DNA of 64,000 nt from an uncultured Christensenella sp. (GTDB taxonomy: Bacteria; Bacillota; Clostridia; Christensenellales; UBA3700), in assembly GCA_910584635.1 (NCBI GenBank), contig CAJUBA010000001.1, forward strand, positions 13,224 to 77,223, read 5' to 3'. The translations under genes and the position numbers were made by a program. Positions 29,819 to 37,423 of the stretch are shown here, piece by piece (positions within the stretch are counted from its first letter, which is position 1; every line of letters starts with the position of its first letter). A model generated the notes under the pieces. It searched no databases and was not told the DNA's origin. It saw only the letters and a list, made by a program, of their open reading frames with translations.

Positions 29819-30308
29819 TATCTTTGATTGCGATTTTAGAGAAGATAAGGAATACGGATTTGTCAGAAACGCCGCGCGGGCGGTAATTCTTGATAAAGGT
29901 AAGTTGTTTGTCGAATACGCGTCAACGCCGAAGATGGTAATGCTGCCGGGCGGCGGCTTGGAAAATTGCGAAAACTATGACGAATGCGTCGTTCGCGAGT
30001 GCAAAGAAGAATGCGGAATAGCGGTAAAACCTGTAAAAGAACTGTTTGCCATAAGAGAATACTATCATGAAATGATTTTTTACAGCGTTTACATACTGTG
30101 CGAAATAATCGGAGAGGGCGAAAAATCGCTTACAGACAAAGAAAAGTTATTGAATATGATTTGCGATTGGCAAGACTGCGAGGTGTTGGAAAGACAACTT
30201 GGCGAACTTATGAACGGGTATAAATGCGTTGATGAAGAATTGTACGGCTGTCATAATCGCGAGTATATCGCTATAAAAGAAATTGCGAAAATATTTAATA
30301 TAAAATAA
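29805..30308 (+). CDS. NUDIX hydrolase
   Basis: Nudix box GGGLENCENYDECVVRECKEECGI. Overlaps the rlmN end by 14 nt. SD AAGGTG. Confidence 0.8.
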   Translation: MKVIDIFDCDFREDKEYGFVRNAARAVILDKGKLFVEYASTPKMVMLPGGGLENCENYDECVVRECKEECGIAVKPVKELFAIREYYHEMIFYSVYILCEIIGEGEKSLTDKEKLLNMICDWQDCEVLERQLGELMNGYKCVDEELYGCHNREYIAIKEIAKIFNIK

Positions 30309-30323
30309 AAAGCAAAGCGATTT

Positions 30324-31223
30324 TTGCAAAGGAGAAAACTTATCAAAATCAAAACAAGCGGACAGGTAATAAAAGGGATAGGCGGAATTTATACCGTAAA
30401 AACTCAAAACGGAGATACGGTAAAGTGCTTTCCCAGAGGAAAACTGAAAAATATCGGCGAATTGTTTATCGGCGATATTGTGGATATTGTTTTGGATAAG
30501 GAAGGCATTATAGAAGGCGTTCATCCGCGTAAGACGCAACTGGTACGTCCGTTCGTAAGTAATATGGACGGAATTGTCATTGTTTTGGCTCCTGTTCCCA
30601 AACCCGATATGATGCTTGTAGATAAATTGATAATCGGCGCTACCGAAAACGGTATTCAGCCGATAATTTGCATAAATAAAGCGGATATGCAAGGCGCGGA
30701 TAAAATCGCCCAAGACGTAGCGAACGACTATAAAGATATTGCGGATATTTTGGTAATATCGACGCAGTCGGGACAAGGAATTGATTTGCTGATGGAAAAA
30801 ATTAAAGGCAAGTATGTTTGTCTGGCCGGGCAATCGGCTGTGGGAAAGTCCTCGCTTATAAATTGTATCATTGGCGAAGATAAGTTGAAGACGGGAGATT
30901 TGAGCAAGAAAGGCGACAGAGGAAAGAATACTACAAGGCATATCGAAATAATAACGTTGCTAAACGGAACGCAAATAGCGGATACTTGCGGTTTTAATAA
31001 ATTAGAGATTCCTCTTTTCGATCCGTCAAGACTGTCGACCTATTATACCGATTTTGACGAATACGCGCCCGATTGCAAATTCAGATGTTGCAATCATTAT
31101 AAAGAATCCGATTGCGCAGTCAAAAAGGCGGTGGAAGAGGGAAAGATTGCGAAGAACAGATACGAGAGGTATTTGCAGTTGTTTATTCACGTAGAAAAGC
31201 GTTGGAATAAACGGTATGACTAA
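30324..31223 (+). CDS. rsgA: Ribosome small-subunit-dependent GTPase A (YloQ/CpgA)
   Basis: Circularly permuted GTPase motifs (NKADM; GQSAVGKSSLIN), C-terminal Zn knuckle C..C..H...C. Start uncertain: the TTG at 30324 precedes an internal AAAGGAGA, and the only in-frame codon at SD distance is ATC at 30342. Confidence 0.85.
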   Translation: MQRRKLIKIKTSGQVIKGIGGIYTVKTQNGDTVKCFPRGKLKNIGELFIGDIVDIVLDKEGIIEGVHPRKTQLVRPFVSNMDGIVIVLAPVPKPDMMLVDKLIIGATENGIQPIICINKADMQGADKIAQDVANDYKDIADILVISTQSGQGIDLLMEKIKGKYVCLAGQSAVGKSSLINCIIGEDKLKTGDLSKKGDRGKNTTRHIEIITLLNGTQIADTCGFNKLEIPLFDPSRLSTYYTDFDEYAPDCKFRCCNHYKESDCAVKKAVEEGKIAKNRYERYLQLFIHVEKRWNKRYD

Positions 31224-31310
31224 ATTGAACAACGTTCAATAAGAAAAATAACAAAGTAAATTTGAAAAAAATAATAAACAAAACAGATAAAAATGCTAGG
31301 AGAAAAGGCT

Positions 31311-31958
31311 ATGAGTATGAAAATATCTCCGTCAATACTTTCGGCGGATTTTGCAAAAATGGGCGAAGACGTGTCCAAATTAAAGCAGTGGGGAGCCGAT
31401 TGGGTACATTGCGACGTTATGGATGGAGTTTTTTGCCCAAATATCACTTTCGGCATTCCTATGATAAAGGCTATCAGAAAGTATACCGACCTGCCGCTTG
31501 ACGTTCATCTTATGATTGTCAAGCCGGAAAGATACGTAGATAAGTTCTTGGACGCAGGCGCGGATATTATTACTTTTCATCCCGAAGTCAGCGAAAGTGT
31601 CGAAACTATAGTCGATACTGTTCATAGGCACGGGAAATTGGTAGGTTTGGTATTAAATCCGAATATTGAAGTAAAAAGTATTGAAAAGTATCTTGATATG
31701 ATAGATTTGGTAATGCTTATGGGCGTGTATCCGGGATTTTCCGCGCAGAAATTTATAGAATTCACCATGGATAAAATCTCCGAATTAAAAGAATTGATCG
31801 GAGAGCGCAACGTTTTGATAGAATTTGACGGGGGAGTAAGCGTAGACAATATTGCGGAAATGTCTGCAAGAGGTCTTGACGTTGCCGTTAGCGGAAGTTA
31901 TGTTTTCGGAGCGAAAGATCCTGCCGATGCTATAAAATCCTTGAAAAACTTAACTTAA
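31311..31958 (+). CDS. rpe: Ribulose-phosphate 3-epimerase
   Basis: ISPSILSADF, H.DVMDG.F.PN. Start moved to the ATG at 31311 after AGGAGAAAAGG. Confidence 0.92.
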   Translation: MSMKISPSILSADFAKMGEDVSKLKQWGADWVHCDVMDGVFCPNITFGIPMIKAIRKYTDLPLDVHLMIVKPERYVDKFLDAGADIITFHPEVSESVETIVDTVHRHGKLVGLVLNPNIEVKSIEKYLDMIDLVMLMGVYPGFSAQKFIEFTMDKISELKELIGERNVLIEFDGGVSVDNIAEMSARGLDVAVSGSYVFGAKDPADAIKSLKNLT

Positions 31959-32018
31959 TACCGTAAAGTAACCTAATACTTGTTGCAGGCATATACTGCA
32001 TTAACCGGAAGGAGGTAT

Positions 32019-32096
32019 ATGGCAATGAGAATAATATGTATCAATCCGCCTAAATTTATTAAAATGATTCTGAGGATATTCAAGAAAAAGAATTGA
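32019..32096 (+). CDS. spoVM: Stage V sporulation protein M (25-aa amphipathic peptide)
   Basis: Not in the ORF track because it is too short. GGAAGGAGGT lies 5 nt upstream of the ATG. MAMRIICINPPKFIKMILRIFKKKN compared with B. subtilis MKFYTIKLPKFLGGIVRAMLGSFRKD shares PKF...I.R and a basic tail. Same position (rpe side of a divergent rpmB) as in B. subtilis. Confidence 0.75.
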   Translation: MAMRIICINPPKFIKMILRIFKKKN

Positions 32097-32114
32097 CTTT
32101 GTATCGTTGGATTG

Positions 32115-32154
32115 AAAAAATACGTTCGCTAGCGTTTTGGCGGCGTATTTTTTT
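32115..32154 (+). terminator. Possible terminator after spoVM
   Basis: AAAAAATACG / CGTATTTTTT pairing around a 19-nt loop, then a T-run. AT-rich stem, so weak. Confidence 0.35.
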
Positions 32155-32201
32155 ATTCTAAAAAAGTAGAGTTGTGGCATTAAGAAAACGGCGTTGTAAT
32201 A

Positions 32202-32216
32202 TTTGAACCTTGTTCA
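32202..32216 (+). repeat. TTGAAC-N3-GTTCAA palindrome, copy 1
   Basis: TTGAACCTTGTTCAA, in the spoVM/rpmB intergenic region. Confidence 0.6.
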
Positions 32217-32271
32217 ATATTTAATATTTGTCAGAAAAATATTGAAAATAGGTTTGTTAAATAAGTTTTGA

Positions 32272-32305
32272 TATAAAAAAATCACTCCACTTTCGCAGAG
32301 TGATT
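32272..32305 (-). terminator. Rho-independent terminator of rpmB
   Basis: AATCACTC / GAGTGATT stem, then TTTTTTTAT on the minus strand. Confidence 0.7.
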
Positions 32306-32325
32306 TATAAATTTTAATTTATAGA

Positions 32326-32517
32326 TTAAGCACGTTCTACGGCACCGCTGCGAAGACATCTGGTGCATACATACAAACTTTGTGTCGAACCGTTGTTGTT
32401 GACAACTTTGACTTTTTGAACGTTTGCGCCCCAACTTCTTCTGAATTTACGGTTGGAGTGGCTTACCTTATTTCCGCTTTGTTGTCCTTTGCCGCAGATA
32501 GCACATACTTTAGACAT
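32326..32517 (-). CDS. rpmB: 50S ribosomal protein L28
   Basis: MSKVCAICGKG...SHSNRK..R.W..N.Q; 63 aa. Confidence 0.93.
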   Translation of the reverse strand: MSKVCAICGKGQQSGNKVSHSNRKFRRSWGANVQKVKVVNNNGSTQSLYVCTRCLRSGAVERA

Positions 32518-32671
32518 ACTTGAATACCTCCATTGACATATTGCCTAAATATAATAGCACTCTATTAAAACAAAAGCAAGGAAAAACGATATCTTTTTCA
32601 AAAAATTTCATAAAATTACATACTTTTGCTTATATTAGAATGTGCGGGCGTCTAAAATATAACGAAAATGC

Positions 32672-32700
32672 TTGCATAAGGCATATTTTTTTGTTAAAAT
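32672..32700 (+). promoter_or_regulatory. Promoter-like element immediately upstream of asp23
   Basis: TTGCAT, 17 nt, TAAAAT. The -10 ends 8 nt before the ATG at 32709. No SD. Confidence 0.4.
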
Positions 32701-32708
32701 TACAATAT

Positions 32709-33059
32709 ATGGCAGTAAAAACATCAAATTATTACGGAAGAATAATCATAACCGACAAGGCCATATCTATGGTGGCGCATTTTGCGGCGGCCGATTGTTA
32801 CGGCGTCGTGGATCTTGTGTCGCGCAAACTTAGTGACAGTATAAGCGAATTTTTTAACAAAAACCCTTTGGGAAAGGGCGTAAAGATTGTTACTATGAAA
32901 AATAAGATTAATATTGAACTTTTCGTTGTCCTCAGAGAGGGCGTAAATATAGATGCGGTAACCGATTCTATTAAGAGTACGGTTAAGTATAACGTGGAGA
33001 CGTATACTGGCATGAGGGTTGACGGTGTGATCGTCAACGTAGTGGGTGTAAAAGTTTAA
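32709..33059 (+). CDS. Asp23/Gls24-family (alkaline shock / YloU-like) protein
   Basis: MAVKTSNYYGRIIITDKAISMVAHFAAADCYGVVDL is typical of Asp23/YloU N-termini. The 63-codon upstream extension in the ORF track covers promoter-like AT-rich DNA. Confidence 0.8.
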   Translation: MAVKTSNYYGRIIITDKAISMVAHFAAADCYGVVDLVSRKLSDSISEFFNKNPLGKGVKIVTMKNKINIELFVVLREGVNIDAVTDSIKSTVKYNVETYTGMRVDGVIVNVVGVKV

Positions 33060-33071
33060 TCGGAGACTATA

Positions 33072-34706
33072 ATGAAAGTTTTGGATAGTGCCAAGATATT
33101 GCAGATGCTCGACGGCGGATATAGGTATTTGAAAGCCAATAAAGCAATGGTTGACGCTCTGAATGTCTTTCCGGTTCCCGATGGAGATACGGGAACGAAC
33201 ATGTCGCTGACAATGGAGTCGGCAATAAAGGAAGTAAAATCAGTAGAAACTGACGATATAAGAGAAATTTTAACAGCGTATTCGAGAGGCGCGCTCAAAG
33301 GAGCGAGAGGAAACTCGGGCGTTATATTGTCGCAGATTATTAAAGGTTTGGCGGTAGTGCTTTCGGATGAAAAATCCATCACTACAAAGTCGTTTGCCAA
33401 TGCGTTAAGACATTCCAGAGAGATTGCCTACAACGCCGTTACAAAGCCGAAAGAAGGCACGGTATTGACCGTAATCAGGTATTTGGCGGAAAATGCGGCG
33501 TCAATAGCCAATAAAAACGCGTCGTTTATCAATTTTTTCGATCAACTTATTAAAAAAGGCGAAGAGATTCTTCAAAAGACGCCGGACATGTTGCCTGTGC
33601 TTAAACAAGCGGGCGTAGTGGATGCCGGCGGTAAAGGTCTAATGTGCGTTTTGCAAGGCTATTACAACGCTTTGGCTGGCGTAGATATACCGGAAATTAT
33701 CGAAGAAAGCGAAAGCGCGGTAGTTCCCGCGCCGATGCTGGATGCGTTCGGAAATGACGAACATGACCTTGATAATATAAAGTATGCTTATTGTACAGAA
33801 TACTTTGTTATAAATCTTAAAAAACATATAACCGAAGAAGATGTAGAGAAACTTAGAGATAAATTGATGGCGATCGGCGATTGCGTAATAGTAATCGGCG
33901 ACGTTTCTTTAATAAAGGTACACGTTCATACCAATCAGCCTAACAGGGCGTTGTATTACGCGTTGCAACTCGGAGAACTCGACAAAGTCAAAATCGAGAA
34001 TATGTTGGAGCAGCACAGGGCGCTCGTGAGAGAAAAAGAGAACTCCAAGAAAGAAATCGGCTTGATTTCTATATGCGCGGGCGAAGGAATTGCAAATATA
34101 TTCAAAGAATTGACGATAGATGAGGTAATTGAGGGCGGTCAGACCATGAATCCGAGCGTCGAAGACATACTCAATGCGGTAGAGAAAATAAATTCCGACA
34201 ATATAATTGTGCTTCCCAACAATAAAAACATAATAATGGCGGCGGAAAAGGTTAAAGAATTAACTAAAAAGAATATATACGTAATTCCGACGGTCGAAGT
34301 GGCGCAAGGTATAAGAGCGGCGTTTGCTTTTGATATAAATCAATCGGTAGAACAGAACGTTGCCGAAATGACCGCGTCCTATGAAGATTTGAAATGCGGG
34401 CAGGTTACCAATGCCGTAAGAAACACGAATTTGGACGGTTTTGAGATATCTGAAGGCGATATAATCGGATTGGACGGCAAACTTATCATTGCCGACAGCA
34501 AGAGCGTGGAAGAAACTTCGCTTGCCGTAATAGAAAAACTCGTCGACGAGTGGAGCGAGGTTATTACCTTGTATTACGGAGAAGGCGTAAGCAAAGAAGA
34601 CGTAGAAAAACTAACCGCTAAACTCAAAGAAAAGTATGACGGATTTGATATCGTAAGTTACTACGGAGGTCAACCTCACTACTATTATCTGATTTCGGTA
34701 GAATAA
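33072..34706 (+). CDS. DAK2-domain fusion protein YloV
   Basis: N-terminal DAK2 domain (NVFPVPDGDTGTNM, GARGNSGVILSQ) fused to a DegV-like C-domain. Follows asp23 as in Bacillus. Confidence 0.85.
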   Translation: MKVLDSAKILQMLDGGYRYLKANKAMVDALNVFPVPDGDTGTNMSLTMESAIKEVKSVETDDIREILTAYSRGALKGARGNSGVILSQIIKGLAVVLSDEKSITTKSFANALRHSREIAYNAVTKPKEGTVLTVIRYLAENAASIANKNASFINFFDQLIKKGEEILQKTPDMLPVLKQAGVVDAGGKGLMCVLQGYYNALAGVDIPEIIEESESAVVPAPMLDAFGNDEHDLDNIKYAYCTEYFVINLKKHITEEDVEKLRDKLMAIGDCVIVIGDVSLIKVHVHTNQPNRALYYALQLGELDKVKIENMLEQHRALVREKENSKKEIGLISICAGEGIANIFKELTIDEVIEGGQTMNPSVEDILNAVEKINSDNIIVLPNNKNIIMAAEKVKELTKKNIYVIPTVEVAQGIRAAFAFDINQSVEQNVAEMTASYEDLKCGQVTNAVRNTNLDGFEISEGDIIGLDGKLIIADSKSVEETSLAVIEKLVDEWSEVITLYYGEGVSKEDVEKLTAKLKEKYDGFDIVSYYGGQPHYYYLISVE

Positions 34707-34725
34707 TTACCAATTTTCGACAAAA

Positions 34726-34740
34726 TTGAACTTTGTTCAA
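34726..34740 (+). repeat. TTGAAC-N3-GTTCAA palindrome, copy 2
   Basis: TTGAACTTTGTTCAA, 20 nt after the yloV stop. Confidence 0.6.
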
Positions 34741-34755
34741 ATAATATAATTATCG

Positions 34756-34790
34756 ACCTATATCGTAAAAAAATTGCGATATAGGTTTTC
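34756..34790 (+). terminator. Rho-independent terminator of yloV
   Basis: ACCTATATCG / CGATATAGGT 10-bp stem followed by TTTC. Confidence 0.6.
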
Positions 34791-34934
34791 TCTACTCAAA
34801 ACAATCGATAGTTGACGCAATAATTATAATCCTGTCGCGTCGGCAAAACAAATATATTATTATATTTATTCGGCAATAATATTTAGTATAATTTAATTGC
34901 GCTTGTAATTTAATTTATTTAAGCGTTCAACAAA

Positions 34935-34949
34935 CTGAACTCTGTTCAA
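34935..34949 (+). repeat. CTGAAC-N3-GTTCAA palindrome, copy 3
   Basis: CTGAACTCTGTTCAA, ~80 nt upstream of the recG ATG. Confidence 0.6.
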
Positions 34950-34994
34950 ATTTATTGCAAATCTATTGTTATAAATATGAACGGGGAATTTTGC

Positions 34995-35024
34995 TTGTTT
35001 TTTAAGAGCGCGATATTATATAAT
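34995..35024 (+). promoter_or_regulatory. Promoter-like element placing the TSS on the recG ATG
   Basis: TTGTTT, 18 nt, TATAAT (35019-35024). The A of the ATG is at 35031, which is +7 from the last T. No SD. Confidence 0.45.
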
Positions 35025-35030
35025 ATTATT

Positions 35031-37025
35031 ATGGAATTGATAGACGTAAAAGGCGTAGGAGCAAAGACTCTTGAAAAACTTAAAAAATTGGGGATAGAAA
35101 GCGTCAAGGACGCGATTTATTTTTATCCCAAATTTTATTGGGATATGACGAAAGAAACCGTTCTCGACGAAATTGAAAACGGCGATTACGTTTTATTAAA
35201 GGGAACTCTTTCTTCCGTAAGCGGATTGATAAGAGCGAAACGCGGATTGACTTTTTGCACCGCTTCGTTAAACACGCAAGGAAAGAAGGTTAAACTTACT
35301 TGGTTTAATTCACCGTTCGTTCTTCCTCTTATAAAACAGAGCGGAGAATTTTTGTTTTGGGGCAAGGCGCGTATCAACGGCAAAAAAATAGAGATGTCTA
35401 ATCCCAGTTTTGAAAAGGCGGAGGAAAACAAGCGTCTGCAAGGAATCGTTCCAATCTATCCGTTGAAAGACATTGTAGGACAGCAACTTTTCAGGAATAT
35501 CGTCAAACAGTGCTTAGATTCTTATAAAGTTGCAAGCAAACTTGACGATTATACAGATTTGTCTTTGGACGGCGCGTTTAGAATTGTTCACGAGCCGTTG
35601 GATATGAAAGAATGTAACGCCGCGAGAAAGAGAATCGCTATAGAAGAGTTGGTCTATCAGATAATTGCGTATAGAGTCGTCAAGAATAACGGCGCCAACA
35701 AAAAACCTCATCCCTATCTTGAAGAATTTTCGTCGATTGAAGAAGAGATAAAAAATTTGCCTTATACTTTGACTCCTTCGCAAGACAAGGCTATAAGAGA
35801 AATTGTTGACGATTTGAAAAGGGACAAGCACACCAACAGAATGTTGATGGGCGACGTAGGTTCGGGAAAAACGGTAATTGCCTTGCTTTCATGTCTTTTC
35901 GCCAAAAAGTGCGGAAAGCAGTCGTCAATCATGGCTCCGACCGAAATTTTAGCAAGACAGCATTACAAGACGGCGTTATCTTTGTTTTCCGATAAGATGT
36001 CGGTTGCGCTTTTGACGGCGTCGACGCCGACGGCGGAGAAAAAAGATATAATTACAAGATTGCAAAACGGACAAATCGATCTTGTCGTAGGTACGCACGC
36101 CGTACTCAACGATAAAGTCAAGTTCGATAATCTCGGACTTATCGTTATAGACGAATTGCATAGATTCGGGGTAAGACAGAAAAGCAAACTCGAAGACAAA
36201 GCGGTGGGAGTTGACGTTATCGTTATGAGCGCTACGCCTATCCCAAGAGCGCTTGCGCTTTCCGTTTACGGAGATTTGGATATTTCGTCTTTGCAACCTC
36301 GCGAGGGTACGGGGGATAATATTACGACCTTTGTTATGGGCGACGATAAACTCAAAGGACTTTACAAATTTATCAATGAAAGAGTTTCTTTCGGCGAACA
36401 GGCGTATATTGTGTGTCCTCTTGTGGAAGATAGCGAAGGATTGGAAGTATTTTCGGCAAAGATGCTGTATAAACAACTTGTTAAAAAGGAACTTGCCGAA
36501 CTCAACGTAGGACTTATTTACGGAAGTATGAAAGATAAAGACAAGAGTGAAATCATGTCAAGATTTTACGCGGGCGATATAGACGTCCTTGTCGCGACTT
36601 CCGTAATCGAAGTGGGTATAGATTCGCAAAGAGCGAGCGTAATGGCGGTACTCAACAGCGATAGATTCGGTTTGGCGGCATTGCATCAGTTGAGAGGAAG
36701 AGTAGGCAGAAATCCTCAAATTAAATCCTATTGCTTTTTGCATACGTCCAAAGAAGAAGAAAATTTGCGTTTGGACGCGCTCAGAGATAATAAAGACGGC
36801 TTGAAAATTGCCGAGATTGACGCCGATATGCGAGGCTACGGAGATTTTCTCGGTATAAATCAAAGCGGCGGAAGCGGAAAAATAGGAGTATTTATCAACA
36901 AAAGAATTATTGAAGAGTGTAAAAATATCGCAGATTCTTTAATGGAAGAGGGAAGTATTTTTCAAGAATATGACGATATACTTGCCAAATATCTGTCTAT
37001 GATGCAAGGAGTTACTCTAAGTTAG
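35031..37025 (+). CDS. recG: ATP-dependent DNA helicase RecG
   Basis: GVGAKTLEKLKKLGI HhH start, wedge domain, GDVGSGKT, DELHRFG, QLRGRVGR. Start moved to the ATG at 35031. Confidence 0.9.
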   Translation: MELIDVKGVGAKTLEKLKKLGIESVKDAIYFYPKFYWDMTKETVLDEIENGDYVLLKGTLSSVSGLIRAKRGLTFCTASLNTQGKKVKLTWFNSPFVLPLIKQSGEFLFWGKARINGKKIEMSNPSFEKAEENKRLQGIVPIYPLKDIVGQQLFRNIVKQCLDSYKVASKLDDYTDLSLDGAFRIVHEPLDMKECNAARKRIAIEELVYQIIAYRVVKNNGANKKPHPYLEEFSSIEEEIKNLPYTLTPSQDKAIREIVDDLKRDKHTNRMLMGDVGSGKTVIALLSCLFAKKCGKQSSIMAPTEILARQHYKTALSLFSDKMSVALLTASTPTAEKKDIITRLQNGQIDLVVGTHAVLNDKVKFDNLGLIVIDELHRFGVRQKSKLEDKAVGVDVIVMSATPIPRALALSVYGDLDISSLQPREGTGDNITTFVMGDDKLKGLYKFINERVSFGEQAYIVCPLVEDSEGLEVFSAKMLYKQLVKKELAELNVGLIYGSMKDKDKSEIMSRFYAGDIDVLVATSVIEVGIDSQRASVMAVLNSDRFGLAALHQLRGRVGRNPQIKSYCFLHTSKEEENLRLDALRDNKDGLKIAEIDADMRGYGDFLGINQSGGSGKIGVFINKRIIEECKNIADSLMEEGSIFQEYDDILAKYLSMMQGVTLS

Positions 37026-37278
37026 TGCGTTCGGCAAATTTCGCCGACTGATTCTTAGTTTTGCGTTCGACTGACATACGATTTGACTAGCCATTCATAC
37101 ATTCAAAAAAATCCATTTATTATTTACTTATATTTCTCTTATTGCCAAACGTAGCGGGTTATTTTTTTGCTAATATTGCAATTATTTTTTTAATTTATTC
37201 AGATTATTAAATCTATCCATTAGATATATTAGGTTGAAAATTCAATAGTGAAAGTATATTTGAATAATTACAAAAAAA

Positions 37279-37295
37279 GTATACGTTTCCTGACT
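37279..37295 (+). repeat. Direct repeat TATAC(G/T)TTTCCTGACT, copy 1 (upstream of LRR paralog 2)
   Basis: GTATACGTTTCCTGACT. Second copy CTATACTTTTCCTGACT at 37393-37409. Confidence 0.5.
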
Positions 37296-37392
37296 ATTAT
37301 ATTTTATTGAAAATTACCAAAATTTAGGGTAATTTATCATTTTTATTATACAAAATCATGCTTATTTAGTCAATATATTTTGGTCAATAAAA

Positions 37393-37409
37393 CTATACTT
37401 TTCCTGACT
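37393..37409 (+). repeat. Direct repeat TATAC(G/T)TTTCCTGACT, copy 2
   Basis: Lies immediately 5' of the SD (GTAAGGAGAAG) of LRR paralog 2. Confidence 0.5.
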
Positions 37410-37423
37410 GTAAGGAGAAGACT

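Noticed and set aside
32202-32216. LexA (Cheo/SOS box) interpretation of the TTGAAC-N3-GTTCAA sites.
   Set aside because: The Firmicute SOS box is GAAC-N4-GTTC. These sites have a 3-nt spacer, which changes the half-site phasing, and the neighbouring genes are not classic SOS genes.
32520-32708. N-terminal extensions suggested by the ORF track: asp23 from 32520, recG from 34977, def from 26098, spoIIID from 9031, hisG from 40325, ilvA from 53426, rpe from 31293, hisD from 41009, LRR1 from 1375 and fmt from 26593.
   Set aside because: In each case the homolog-like N-terminus begins at a downstream ATG or GTG with a better SD or promoter context. The extension covers the upstream gene's 3' end or AT-rich promoter DNA.
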